DNA of 64,000 nucleotides, taken from positions 60,140,001 to 60,204,000 of the forward strand of contig OX597830.1 in NCBI GenBank assembly GCA_951406725.2, read 5' to 3'. The notes beneath the pieces are model-generated. The model was not told the DNA's origin. It saw only the letters and a program-made list of their open reading frames with translations, and did not search any database. Below, in pieces: positions 41,220 through 54,679 of the stretch (its first letter is position 1; each line of letters opens with the position of its first letter). The position numbers and the translations under genes were made by a program. Source of the DNA: Octopus vulgaris. Taxonomy: Eukaryota.

Positions 41220-42072
41220 TATTGGTTTCAAATGTTGGTACAAGTGGATAAGTCGATTACATTGAGCCCAGTACTCGAGTGGTACTTATTTTATCGGCTC
41301 CGAAAGACGGAATTTGAACTCAGAACTGTAAGACGGACCAAATGCCGCTAAACCTTTTGCCCGGCCTGCTAACGATTCTGCGAGCTCACCGCCTTTAGAT
41401 AGCTGTTAATATAAACATTTATAAAGACGGCGAGCTGGCAGAATCGTTAGTACATTGGACAAAATGCTTAACGGAATTTCGTCCTTCTTTTCGCTCTGAG
41501 TTCAAATTCTACTGAGGTCGATTTTGCCTTTCTTCCTTTCGGGATACATAAAATAGGTACCGGTTGATTACTGGGGTGGATGTAATCGACTTATCCCCTC
41601 CCCCAAAACTTCTGGCCTTAGGTCAAACTTTGAGACTAATAATTATTTCAGATTTTGGCACAAGGCTAGCAAGAGGATAAGTTGATTACATCGCCCCCAG
41701 TATTCCTATTCTGAAAGGATGAAAGGTAAAGTCCACCCCAGCGGAATTTGAACTCGATACGTGAAAACAGACGAAATGCCGGTAAGCATTTCACCCGGCG
41801 TGCTAACGATTCTGCCAGCTCGTCGCGTCACACTTTGAAAGTAATATTGATATCTATCTTATGCGGCGAGCTGGTACAATCGTTACTGCGCCGGACAAAA
41901 TGCTTAGCGACATTTTTTCAGCTTTACGTTTTGAGCTCAAATGCGCCGGGATTGATTTTATCCTTCTTCCTTTCAAGATCGATAGAATAAGTACCAGTTG
42001 AGTACTAGGGTTGACGTAATCGACTTATTACCTTCCCCAAATTTTCTGTCCTTGTGCATAGATTTGAAATCA
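41220..42072. mobile_element. Four SINE family A copies in alternating orientation (-,+,-,+)
   Basis: approx. 41220-41394(-), 41428-41640(+), 41650-41825(-), 41863-42072(+), each with the ggcgagctgg head or its RC. Confidence 0.85.
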
Positions 42073-42097
42073 ATATCTAGTGAAAGATAGATAGATC

Positions 42098-42175
<78 letters not shown>

Positions 42176-42200
42176 CATCTATCTATCTATCTATCTATCC

Positions 42201-42778
42201 ACATATATATAAGAGGGATGACCACTAAGTGGACATCCATATGCTAGAAGTCGACCCCTATGGTCTTACCACTAAGGAAGGAATGTTCTCAAGAAAATTT
42301 AGCAAACACCAGAACGTAAGCGAGCAAGACAAATGAAAAGATACAAAATATACAGATTAAACACAAACCTGTTTCGTTATTATCACTTACGTAATCACTT
42401 ACGTAGATGTCCGCAAATCTTTAATGTGATCGTCATGGCAAACTATAATTTGCAGCACTATACACGGAACGTCCACATGAGTTTGAACATGTATATTGTT
42501 CTACCAATCATATTTGAGGTTATATTTCAAAAGTCTTCGTTTTGGCGCGTCAAAATACTGGAAATAATTCTGCAGAAAATAATACCCTGCAGTGAATTTT
42601 GCCATTTTAGAGAACATGGTTATTTAAATTTAAATTTAAAATAATAAGGGTGAAAAAAATTAACATTAATTTGATTAATATCAATTTAAAACCAGTTGAC
42701 TAGCATATAGGAAAACCTGTAGATTCAGAAAAATTATATTACATATATATAAGAGGGATGACCACTAAGTGGACATCC
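42201..42778. repeat. 540-bp unit bounded by a 38-bp direct repeat
   Basis: acatatatataagagggatgaccactaagtggacatcc at 42201 and 42741; related RC fragment at ~45690-45720. Confidence 0.75.
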
Positions 42779-43205
42779 CACATATGTATATGTATATATG
42801 TTGACCTAGGAAAGACGGAGTTGACTAGGTTTAGAAATGTTTGGGACGCATGTCATGTCACCGCCCTACGCTTCTATCAAGAACTGAGAGCCCAAAGAAG
42901 GAAGGAAATATATACATACATAATACACACAGTCAAACGCATGCACGCACGCACGCACGCATACACACAAACACACGTTTTCATGATGGTTTATCCAGAG
43001 AAGAAAGGACAGCCTCCATGACCTTCCTACAGTCAACGAGACAAGTGGCGGGTGAAAGGTTTGGAATAAACCGCGATTCATAAATTCCTGAAGTAAGAAT
43101 GAATTGCATCTTTATGTCGACTTATTCGCAGATGAGAGATTTGGGACGAATGCTTACAACAGGATGGAGTCTGCTTAAGAACAAACACACCCAGGTAGAC
43201 AACCG

Positions 43206-43244
<39 letters not shown>

Positions 43245-43257
43245 AGGTAGACAACCG

Positions 43258-43294
<37 letters not shown>

Positions 43295-43518
43295 ACACAT
43301 ACACACACACAAGTACATTAGACGTGCATAACACCTAGACAGACGGACACGCACATCATGTACATGTACACACGAACATATACACACACAGGGAGAAGGC
43401 ATACACTGACACATACAAACACATACAGAGAGTAGAAAAAGATTTGGAGAGTGACAGAGAGAGAGCGAGAGGGGGAGAGAAGGAGGGAGGGTGTATGTGT
43501 TTGTGTAAGTGTGAGTAT

Positions 43519-43775
43519 GTGGCTTAGTGGTCAGGGTATTTGGTTTACGGTCGTAAGGTTGTGAGTTCGATTCCCGGCGGCACGTTGTGTCTTTGAGCTT
43601 TATTTCATGTCGCTCCAGTCCACTCAGCTGGCTAAAATGAGTTGTACCTGTATTTCAAAGGGCCAGCCTTGTCACATTCTGTGTCATGCTGAATCTCCCT
43701 GAGAAATATGCTGAGGTTACACGTGTCTGTGCAGTGCTCAGCCATTTGCACGTTAATTTCACGAGCCTGTCGTCG
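43519..43775 (+). mobile_element. SINE family C-related
   Basis: gtggcttagtggtcaggg...gagttcgattccc...gctccagtccactcagctgg; body matches 55225-55537 (-). Confidence 0.8.
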
Positions 43776-44585
43776 CGTAACGAATGCCAGTTATGTGTCA
43801 GTGTCAGAATGTATGTGTTTGAATCTGTGTGTATGTGTGTGGTAGCGTGTTTACTTGTGTTAGAGAGAGAAAGAGAGAGAGACTTTGTGTGTGCACGTGC
43901 GAGTGCGCGCACGCGTGTTTGCGACAAAATAAAATAGTTATAGACGAGACAAGTTCTGAACCTGTTTCTGTCTACAACTGCTTCTTTCCCAGAATATATC
44001 TACACCGTATCTCTCAACCAGGCTTCTTCAAACAGGGTATCATCGATCTTTGTTTACACTTCAAATTCAAAATACAAACTATTAACATCAAGCTTAAAGA
44101 TTATATTTTATAGAACTTAATGACATAATCCAATAAAACGTTTTCTCCATTATCAGTAATAGTCCACGTCATCCATTGTTCTCTCGGTTTTCACTGAAAT
44201 ATATAATAGTCGGTGCACACTTATCAGTTTCTCAGCAATACGTGGAAGATCATTCATCCAAAAGAATTGCTCAAAGAGCGTCCACTTTAAACCAGGAAAG
44301 CAGAAACGCAAGATGTGATCATTTCTGATTAAGAAGGAAGAAACGTAGTCAATGAAAGGTCATCGAGGAAGACAGTGGAATTTCATTAAATGGGAACAAT
44401 GAATGTTCTATACTTATTAATATGGCGAAATTATAAAACACTCGGAAATTGAATGATTAGATAATTTCGTTCAACTTAACCTAAATATATGAATGTGTAT
44501 GTATATCTGAATGTGTGTGTGCGAGCGTTCGCGTGTGAATGTGTGTGTATATATATGTATATATAAATATATGAATTCAATCGGC

Positions 44586-44610
<25 letters not shown>

Positions 44611-44617
<7 letters not shown>

Positions 44618-44975
44618 GAAAAAAGTAAAGAGTGAAAAAACTACAGAAGGCTTAAATGTTAAAAAATATATATATTTGCGTCAATATGTCTGAAGAATAT
44701 TCGAAAATTTTTTTCCTCTTATAATGACATAATTTAAAAGAAAGACCGGTTTCGCGTGTAGCTTTTCAAATTTCTTGTGACGTTCACATAACGTCACAAG
44801 AAATTTGAAAAGCTACACGCGAAACCGGTCTTTCTTTTAAATTATGTCATTATAAGAGGAAAAACATTTAAAAAAAATTTTCTAATATTCTTCAGACATA
44901 TTGACGCAAATATATATATTTTTTAACATTTAAGCCTTCTGTAGTTTTTTTCACTCTTTACTTTTTTCTATATAT
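44611..44975. repeat. Near-perfect ~175-bp-arm palindrome (5-nt loop at 44785-44789) in (TA)n
   Basis: 44611-44784 is the RC of 44790-44975 apart from a small indel region near 44865-44885. Confidence 0.93.
44798..44836 (+). ncRNA. Hammerhead-like motif with U3-A8 core variant (mirror copy on the minus strand in the left arm)
   Basis: AAGAAA-U-UUGAAAA-GC-uacac-GC-GAA-ACCGGU-C-UUUCUU; palindromic stem III, GUC triplet, weak stem II. Confidence 0.45.
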
Positions 44976-45008
44976 TCACCCACGTGCTTTCACAAACCAA
45001 CTTTCTTA

Positions 45009-45067
<59 letters not shown>

Positions 45068-45139
45068 TTTTACGTGTTTCAGTCAGTTGACAACAGTCAT
45101 GATGGAGTACCACCTAAAGAGTTTTAGTCGAAGCAATCC

Positions 45140-45291
45140 TCAACGAGGTTTTGGCGGAAAATTGCACAAATCTGTCCTGATCAAGAGGCCTATCATTTGG
45201 GGAAGGCATGGTTTCACATGGAATAAACAAAAATTTATATAAGACATTCTAACGTAAAAATAGCCCAGCAACGACGTGCTATTCAGCTAGT
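45140..45291 (+). mobile_element. Helitron-like 3' end
   Basis: imperfect hairpin atagcccagcaacgacgtgctat followed by CTAG|T at 45287-45291; left boundary uncertain. Confidence 0.45.
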
Positions 45292-45727
45292 ATATACATA
45301 TACGACGGGCTTCTTTCGGTTTCAGTCTACCAAATCCACTCATAAGGTTTTGGTCGGCCCAACCATACACAGAAACGTTTTCCTACAGAAAACTCATGTA
45401 CAGTTCTACAAAATATGTTTGTGGTATTTTTCAAATGTCTTCATTTTGGCGCGCTAGTGTATAGTTTTCTGAAATATGTTTTGAAATACAACAGGATACG
45501 CTGAGGATTTACAGATACTTGCATTTTGCGTATGTTAATAATGAAATCATGATACGTAGGTAATCATTTTATTTTGTATATTTTCATTTGTCTTGCTTAC
45601 TTTTTACATTCTGGTACTTTGCTGAGATTTTTTTGTTGAGAACACACTCTTTGTGGTAAGGCAATTTGACGTCTATCTTTAGCTTACAGGAATCCACTTT
45701 AGTGGTCATTCCTCTTATTAGTTGCAC

Positions 45728-45808
<81 letters not shown>

Positions 45809-46359
45809 TATAAGTATGTGTCGGTGCGTGTCCCCCACCACCGCTTTAAACCGATGTTAGTGTGTTTACGTCCGCGTAACTTAGTGGTTCGGTAAAAGAG
45901 ACCGATAGACACTGAGAACTATGCTTATAACAAATAAGTCCTGGGGTCGATTTGTTCGACTAAAGGTGGAGCTCCAGCATGGCCGCAGTCAAATGACTGA
46001 AACCAGCAAAAGATCATGTGATATATACTAAAAGAAGACTACTTACGAATTTTAAACAAGAATATTTAAGTTTATTGCTTCTTTTGAACAGTTTTTATTC
46101 TAATTTGTTTATGTCATCACTAAACACCATAGTTAAAGCAAAAGGTAATAATAAACTGCACTATACAAATATTCAAAGTCAGGTGGTTGCTGTTAGCGCA
46201 CTGCATTGATGTGTAAGCGACTGGTTAATGCTGACATACCTATAGGTAATAGGACAGGATATGTTGTAATATTTTAATTTGCTATTGCGGCAACCCGTAT
46301 TTGTCGCATACAGACAGTTTATCAAAGTCATTAGAAGCAGCTAAAATTTATTGCTTTGA

Positions 46360-46565
46360 AATTTTGGCTCAAAACCAGCAATTTTGGGGGAGGGAAAAAG
46401 TCGATTACATAGACCCTAGTGCTCGACTGGCACTTATTTTATTGACCCCGAAAGAATGAAAGGCAAAGTCAATCTCGGCGAAGCTTGAACTCAGAACGTA
46501 AAGACGGATGAACTTCCGCTAAGCATTTTGACCGGCGTACTACCAATTCAGCCAGCTCGCCGCCT
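46360..46565 (-). mobile_element. SINE family A
   Basis: ends gccagctcgccgcc (RC of the head). Confidence 0.85.
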
Positions 46566-47135
46566 TAGGAACAGGTAAAATCCATTAAAAGATAGACTGA
46601 AGATGTTTCGAAATCCATTAAAAGATAGACTGAACAAGTTTCGAAATCTACGAAGAACGAAGATTTATCTGATATCTCCTATGATGATATTGTGAGGAAT
46701 TTCCACCGATGAGAAAGTCCCCGCAAAAAAATTGAATTCAAATTTTTACTTGTTCTATGGCGTTTCTTGTTCTATGCTCTGGAAACACAATTCCCCTCAC
46801 CCTTAATTCCCAGACGTATTGTAATTGTTAGAATTATCTGTTCCTCGATCTAAATGAGTGTATATGTCAGTTGTACCGGGTTTTCAAATTATTCGTGGTA
46901 CATCAATACTATCGATGGGTGTTATGATATGGTACATAAACTGTATTAAGACCGTAGGGAAAGGGCACTACAAATATTGAAATGGAATAGAAGAATTTAT
47001 ATTTCCATCGACAGCATGAAACCATAGCGTGATTTTTATTTATTTATTTGTTAAGCGTGGAGGAAGAGCAGTTCCCAGAACTCACGCTGACTCTCTGGGA
47101 ATTGTGGGATTGATGCAGTTCATTTGCAATTAAAT

Positions 47136-47150
47136 GACAGACAGACATTC

Positions 47151-47205
<55 letters not shown>

Positions 47206-47274
47206 CAAACAGACAGACAGGCAGGCAGGCAGACAGGCAGACAGGCAGACAGACGGACAGACAGACAGACAGAC

Positions 47275-47352
<78 letters not shown>

Positions 47353-47406
47353 GCAGGCAGACAGACGGACAGACAGACGGACAGACAGACAGACGGACAG
47401 ACAGAC

Positions 47407-47445
<39 letters not shown>

Positions 47446-47512
47446 CAGACAAACAGACAGACAGGCAGGCAGGAAGACAGGCAGACAGACGGACAGACAG
47501 ACAGATAAATAA

Positions 47513-47560
<48 letters not shown>

Positions 47561-47561
47561 G

Positions 47562-47596
<35 letters not shown>

Positions 47597-47658
47597 GCAG
47601 GCAGACAGACGGACAGACAGACGGGCAGACAGACAGACAGACGGACAGACAGACAGAC

Positions 47659-47736
<78 letters not shown>
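47136..47736. repeat. Compound (GATA)n/(GACA)n/(GGCA)n satellite
   Basis: direct reading. Confidence 0.97.
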
Positions 47737-47737
<1 letters not shown>

Positions 47738-49076
47738 ATGGGAGAGGTTTGTACGTACATTAGATGTTTACAAAGCGAGGAAGAAGCAGACATACTGGTA
47801 AAAATGTTCTGCATCATTGGTGGAAAGTATTGGTTACGATCAGGCCAGGGATCTGGTTTGTTAAAAAGTGGTCTGGTGAGGTCATTCATGTTTTTGTGTG
47901 AGAGCTGTCACAGCCATGCTAGATGAAGGTAAGGTCGTTGATTATGCCGTTACTGTATATGGTGGTGGTCAGTAGAAGCTGGATTTGAATTCATGATTCC
48001 ATGGCTATTCTTTTACCCATCACACTTTTGCAAAATACTTCATAACTGCTCTGTTGTCCTTTACTGATATGACTTGTTGACACCACTGCTGAGGCGGTTT
48101 CTACAACTCTATGACGACTGATACTTTCGTTGTATCGATTTTCACATGACAACCTGGTGCCTGGTACTGCATTTCTGGGCTGTGTCGATTAGTTCGTGAC
48201 ACTCTGGGTTGAAATATCGACAACCGTTACCAATAATTCTAGTCGGTAACCTGCATTACTTTATAGCTCTTCTTAAGAGAGTCGTTCGTTAATATGATAA
48301 TATAGATCTAAGTTGTTGACTGATGCCTAGGTTTTCATGTAGACTCATCGACTGACAATGTAGACGTACAAACTGACGGCGCAAAATGTGATGACGTAAG
48401 TACGTCTTTTCATACTGTCTTGTTTTAGACAGTTATTGACGAAAGTAAATTACCAATTTGTGGAATTATGTTCCAACCGCTGACACGCAAATAAAATATC
48501 ATGAGATATTCGCATTATACTTAATATCAAGAGGAGTTTTTATGTTTATGTTTTGTTTTGTTTTTTAATTAGTCAACTTTTATGTTAGTGTCTGCTACGG
48601 TTTAACGAGCATTTTTCTGTAGCAAAGCGATTAAGGATACATCCTCAGTTAAGAATGAGACAAAAGTTATTAAATTTCCAGGTTTATACATTCATACAAC
48701 AAAGAATGGACTCACACACATTAAGAATCTGAATGCATGCTGCGAATTTACTTCCCGAAATGACAACTGGCAAAATAATTTCGATTGATTCTGACTGTCT
48801 CGCTAATAAACCAATTGAATAATAAAATGCTATCATCACGATTGTTTTTCTCTGATACTTACTATACATACGTTGACGATTTCCGGGGCTTCAAGTCGTG
48901 AAATATTATAAGTTATGGTTACACGGAAACAATATATCTTTAATGCGACGGCTGTTACCATCGATACCGTCTTTTAACACCAATTTACATTTATAAACTC
49001 ATGAATTTAAAACCATGGACGCTTTGCAGATGTTTTGACCAGCTTTACAGCATGCTAATATGCTAACACTGATTAA

Positions 49077-49705
49077 GGGCGGCGAGATGGCAGAATCGTT
49101 AGCACGTCGGGGAAAATGCTTAGCGGCATTTTGTCCATTCCATACTCTTTACTCTCTTTTACTTGTTTCAGTCATTTGACTGCGGTCATGCTGGAGCACC
49201 GCCTTTAGTCGAGCAAGTCGACCCCGGGACTTATTATTTTGTAAGCCCAGTACTTATTCTATCGGTCTCTTTTGCCGAACTGCTAAGTAACGGGGACATA
49301 AACACACCAGCATCGGTTGTCAAGCAATGCTAGGGGGACAAACACAGACACACAAACACACACACGCATATATATATACATATATACGACGGGCTTCTTT
49401 CAGTTTCCGTCTACAAAATCCACTCACAAGGCTTTGGTCGGCTCGAGACTATAGTAGAAGACACTTGCCCAAGTTGCCACGCAGTGGGACTGAACCCGGA
49501 ACCATGTGGTTGGTAAGCAAGCTACTTACCACACAGCCACTCCTACGACTATCTTTACGTTCTGAGTTCAAATTCCACCTTGGTTGACTTTGCCTTTCAT
49601 CCTTTCGGGATCGATAATATAAGTACCAGCTGAGCTCTGGGGTTGATGTGATAGATTTACTATCTCGCCCGAAAATGCTGACCTTGTGCCAAAATTTGAA
49701 ACCAG
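49077..49705 (+). mobile_element. SINE family A interrupted by an inverted family B SINE (49145-49546, -)
   Basis: A head ggcggcgagatggcagaatcg at 49077; A body resumes tctttacgttctgagttcaaattcc at ~49552. Confidence 0.85.
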
Positions 49706-50110
49706 TATGCTAAAACTGTTTCTTAGTGTAAACAAAAACCTTCAAAAAACTCCTACAAACTGCTGAATCCTTTTGATCTTCGTTGCCTGTTATTGTCGCT
49801 CCTTCCCCAGAAGTAATTCACAGAGTCAATTTCACCTATTAGACATAATTGTTATAATCCGAAAAGTATAATTTATTATGAGACCTCTTTTATGTCGATC
49901 AGACAGAAACATCTCCCGGTATCTATATTGTATTGTGGTACAGTATATTAACAGAAAATAGTTCCAGTATGCTAGTAAACATCTCTCTAACAGTCATTCT
50001 TTGCTTCAGTAAATATACTATCATTCTATAAGTATATGTACGCACATACACGCGCACGCACATACACGCGCACGCACACATGCATGCATGCGTGTTTGTA
50101 TGCATGACTG

Positions 50111-50158
<48 letters not shown>

Positions 50159-50188
50159 TAAGGAGATAGATACATACATACAAATATA

Positions 50189-50242
<54 letters not shown>

Positions 50243-51510
50243 ATGCATGTATGCCTGAATGTATGTATATAAGTATGTATATATGTATGTACGCAGCTTA
50301 AAGAGTTTGGTAAGCTGAGATGAAGAAACCAGTCGGGAGCAGACTTTTCCCAGAAGCGGGCCGCATGAAATATTGCTCATAATTAGTTGGGTCGCACTAG
50401 TAAAAAAAAATATTCAAGGTTATTTTTCATTAGGCGTCGTGCCCCTTAGCAAGTCACGTGGGCTGCAGGTTGCTCATGATTGGCTTAAACGATCCGATGT
50501 GAAAGTTTGTTGTAGTTTTACTGAAGAATCCAAGACGCATTGGTTTCTGAACTTGTTAATTACCCATGATGCTATTTATTTCTACGAATACATATTTTTC
50601 TGTTCATTATCTGGAAACCCATCTTCCAAACAATCTTCCTATCTTCTATTTACTAGATTAAATTCAGAGAGGCAGCAACATTTTCAGTCCCACTGCGAGC
50701 GAAACTTGTCTTCATATTCTTAACATATCAAAATATTGTGATCTCGGGTTTCATAGTTTAGCCTTAGAAAGCATGAAAGCGTGAAATATTGCCACTTCAG
50801 CCAAAATATTTGTAATTGCAATAGAAACAAGCATAGTCTAAGATTCGTTATATTTTCAAACATAACCTTACTATAAAATCTTCTCCGCCCGTAACAACTT
50901 TTGTAATGTTATTCCTTCCTGATTGTCATCGTGTTCTGTCAAAAGTATCAATATCACAGAACACATGTATTGGATGTTGGCCTATACTGGATGAGACATA
51001 CCAAGATGCAGCCTTGTTCTAGATATTGCATAATGTTTGACAAGATATTCAGTTGTTTAGATACGCCGAAACCTAGGTATTTGAAGAATCCAGATTATAT
51101 TTTGAACTTTTAACATTTGTCTTGTGTTACAGTGTACATTTCAATGACAAAACCTGATGTCAACGTTTTATGGTTTACAAATCTAGATTATCGCGCGCAT
51201 GCGTGTGTATGTATGTATGTATGTATGTATGTATGTATGTATGTATGTATGTGTGTATGTATGCATGTATGCATGTATGCATGTATGTATGTATGTATGT
51301 ATGTATGTATGTATGTATGTATGTGTGTGTGTATGTATGTATGTATGTATGTATGTATGTATGTATGTATGTATGTGTGTATGTATGTATGTATGTATGT
51401 ATGTATATATATATATATATATACATACATACATACATACATACATACATACATACATACATACATACATACATACATACATACATACATACATACATAC
51501 ACACGCATGT

Positions 51511-51562
<52 letters not shown>

Positions 51563-51664
51563 TCCCAAAAAGAAACGGAGAGAAAAACAAGAAAAAAAAA
51601 ACAACAACGCGAGGACGTGGTACATGCAAAGTATTAGCAGACGCTCAAGGAAGGAAAGAAAGGA

Positions 51665-51701
51665 TGTTTTACGTTTCGAGCAAAGCTCTTCTTCAGAAAC
51701 A
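51665..51701 (-). ncRNA. Minimal type I hammerhead ribozyme motif with canonical core, in a ~200-bp unit (~51560-51762)
   Basis: RC: UGUUU-CUGAAGA-A-GAGC-UUU-GCUC-GAAACGUA-AAACA; all three stems satisfied, GUA triplet. Confidence 0.75.
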
Positions 51702-51759
51702 GGAGACACAGGAAAGTCTAAGAGAAAAGGAAGATGGAGAAAAGAAATCGCGAACAATT

Positions 51760-51792
<33 letters not shown>

Positions 51793-52195
51793 CTATGAAA
51801 ACAGGAGGGTGGAAAAAGCTTTGGTATTATTCATTCACCATTACACATGTTTCATTTGCTAATAGAAGTTACAAAATTTCACATGTAGGAGAAGCATGTA
51901 AGATATCTCCTATTAGAAATTCTTCAGACAGAGAATCAAATAATACAAAATTTACATTTGGTTGAAGCGTTTATGTATAATTAGTATTCAGGAGTCCTTT
52001 AGATAGAAGGGAGAATAAAGAACAAATCTAGTAATACAGAAGAAAGATAGAGAGAGAGAGAGAGAGAGAGTAAACAGAGATATATCTATGTATTTACTCA
52101 TAAATAAGTTGATAGCTAAATGTGTGCATATGTGTCTTTGTGGTATGAATGTACATGAGTGTATATATATATATATGTATATATATATATAGATA

Positions 52196-52278
<83 letters not shown>

Positions 52279-52378
52279 TTAATCCAAACATGAAAACACA
52301 AAGAGAAAACACAACAACGCGAGGACGTGGAACAAATATAGTATTATTGGACGCTCAGGAAAGAAGGAAAGAAAGGGG

Positions 52379-52413
52379 GTTTAACGTTTCGAGCGGAGCT
52401 CTTCGTCAGAAAC
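52379..52413 (-). ncRNA. Minimal type I hammerhead ribozyme motif with canonical core, in a ~210-bp unit (~52278-52490)
   Basis: RC: GUUU-CUGACGA-A-GAGC-UCC-GCUC-GAAACGUU-AAAC. Confidence 0.72.
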
Positions 52414-52515
52414 ATAGGAAAAGGAAAGATCCAAGGAAGGGAAGACGGAGGGAAAAAATCGCCAACGGTACACACGCGGTCACATTTTGAATGTGTGTGT
52501 GTGCATATTTCTAGG

Positions 52516-53655
52516 AGTGTATGTGTACACTTATTTACTTCTTTATTGCGCACAAGGAAGCTAAAATGGAATGCGCGGAACAAAAGGAGACACGTGGGAT
52601 AGAGAGTGGTTCAAGAAGTCACAGGATGTGTCACGAAAGAGCTTTGAAAAAAAATAGAATAATAATAATAATAAAGCTGATATGAAGACCAAATAGGACC
52701 ATCCCCAAGTATAACAACATACATGTGCATATATTCTTTTATATGTTTCATCCCTAAGGGTGTGGCCATGATGGGTCACTACATATATAGACATATATAT
52801 AAAGAGAAAGAGAGGTGTATGTGTTTGTGTGTGTTTGTGTGTGTGTGTGCGTGTATACATGTATATACATATATTCCAGGAAGTAGAATCTCACAACATT
52901 TAGCTATTGTCTGTAGTTGAAAATGTTAATAAAAGCAATCTTCATGAATGCCAGTTGGATTTTTTCCAGTGTCTTTGGCACAAGAAAGGGATCAAGACTA
53001 GAAGCAATATTTCAACTGAGTGAGAAGAAGAGTTTCCAAACAGTGAACACAGCTTCACGTTCTCTCGTTATAAATATTGCGAGAGTGTATGTGTACACTT
53101 ATTTACTTCTTTATTGCGCACAAGGAAGCTAAAATGGAATGCGCGGAACAAAAGGAGACACGTGGGATAGAGAGTGGTTCAAGAAGTCACAGGATGTGTC
53201 ACGAAAGAGCTTTGAAAAAAATAGAATAATAATAATAATAAAGCTGATATGAAGACCAAATAGGACCATCATCCCCAAGTATAACAACATACATGTGCAT
53301 ATATTCTTTTATATGTTTCATCCCTAAGGGTGTGGCCATGATGGGTCACTACATATATAGACATATATATATAAAGAGAAAGAGAGGTGTATGTGTTTGT
53401 GTGTGTTTGTGTGTGTGTGTGCGTGTATACATGTATATACATATATTCCAGGAAGTAGAATCTCACAACATTTAGCTATTGTCTGTAGTTGAAAATGTTA
53501 ATAAAAGCAATCTTCATGAATGCCAGTTGGATTTTTTCCAGTGTCTTTGGCACAAGAAAGGGATCAAGACTAGAAGCAATATTTCAACTGAGTGAGAAGA
53601 AGAGTTTCCAAACAGTGAACACAGCTTCACGTTCTCTCGTTATAAATATTGCGAG
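52516..53655. repeat. Near-perfect tandem duplication, ~570-bp unit (52516-53083, 53084-53655)
   Basis: copies differ only by small indels; ORF translations 52917 and 53489 begin identically. Confidence 0.95.
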
Positions 53656-54143
53656 GATCCACAACAGGCTGTCAGTTACCTTCAAGTTATTGTCAAACTA
53701 TGTCAGCATGAATGGATGCACCACCACTAATTACAATTCTCAGATCAAACATAGATATTGGATTTGGTATTAGATGTATCGAGGTTCCAATATATGTTGG
53801 TAGTGTCATGCTTGGACATTACGTATCAGAATGAATATTTAGTTGTGAGTTGCTTGTGATGGTAAGTACAGATAAGAATATTGCGATCGCAGAAGCACAA
53901 GCTTTAATGAATATGCGTCGAGTATTTAGATCGAACGTGCGTTCACAAGAATGGTATTCCAGGTGGAATTCTGGAATTGTCTGTCTGTTGAAACCAGGAT
54001 GAGAAGTTGACACTTTAACTGAGAAATCACTGACTGGAACTATTTATCTAACTGTTCCCCTTACTAATGGAAAATTGTACTAACGAGGAAAGCTTTGCTT
54101 TGGCTTTTGTAAGTATGTGACAACACAGGAATTGATATATACA

Positions 54144-54205
<62 letters not shown>

Positions 54206-54679
54206 GTATTGTATAAATGTTCATGTATGCATGCATGTGTGAACACAGCTTAAAGAATTCGATGAGTTCAGATGAAGGACTCTGGGAGAAGTTTGATATG
54301 TTTAAATTATCAAAGGTCAGAGAAAGTTGTAATTTTGCTGATAAATCCATAAAAGAATGGCTTGAAATGTCTCAATCAGAGAGAAATGCTAACTGGAAAA
54401 ATGCTCAAGTTATCAAGAATTCAGTAAAATATAAAAATGAATCTCTTCGTAATGGAATCCGACATGTACACGAAGAGTAAATTAGGGTTCAAGGAGATGC
54501 CAATGACACAAGTGAAAACGCTGATTGTGATATCTATGAGTTCCTCAATACCAATGCTTTCTGTTCCAAATATATATTTTACCACGAGAAAATACGCAAC
54601 ATTTCCAGAAATAACAGGCAGAGTTGTGACAGCGTTACTGACGAAAAATCCCTAATTTCAATTAATAACATTGAAATAT

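Noticed and set aside
51117-51965. 282-aa ORF and the many other YI/CV/HT/YLSI-rich ORFs in the track
   Set aside because: Read-through of di- and tetranucleotide microsatellites.
52610-52650. Hammerhead-like string gtcacaggatgtgtcacgaaagagc (also at ~53185)
   Set aside because: No CUGANGA-like core and a disrupted stem II; kept only as pLTR homology.
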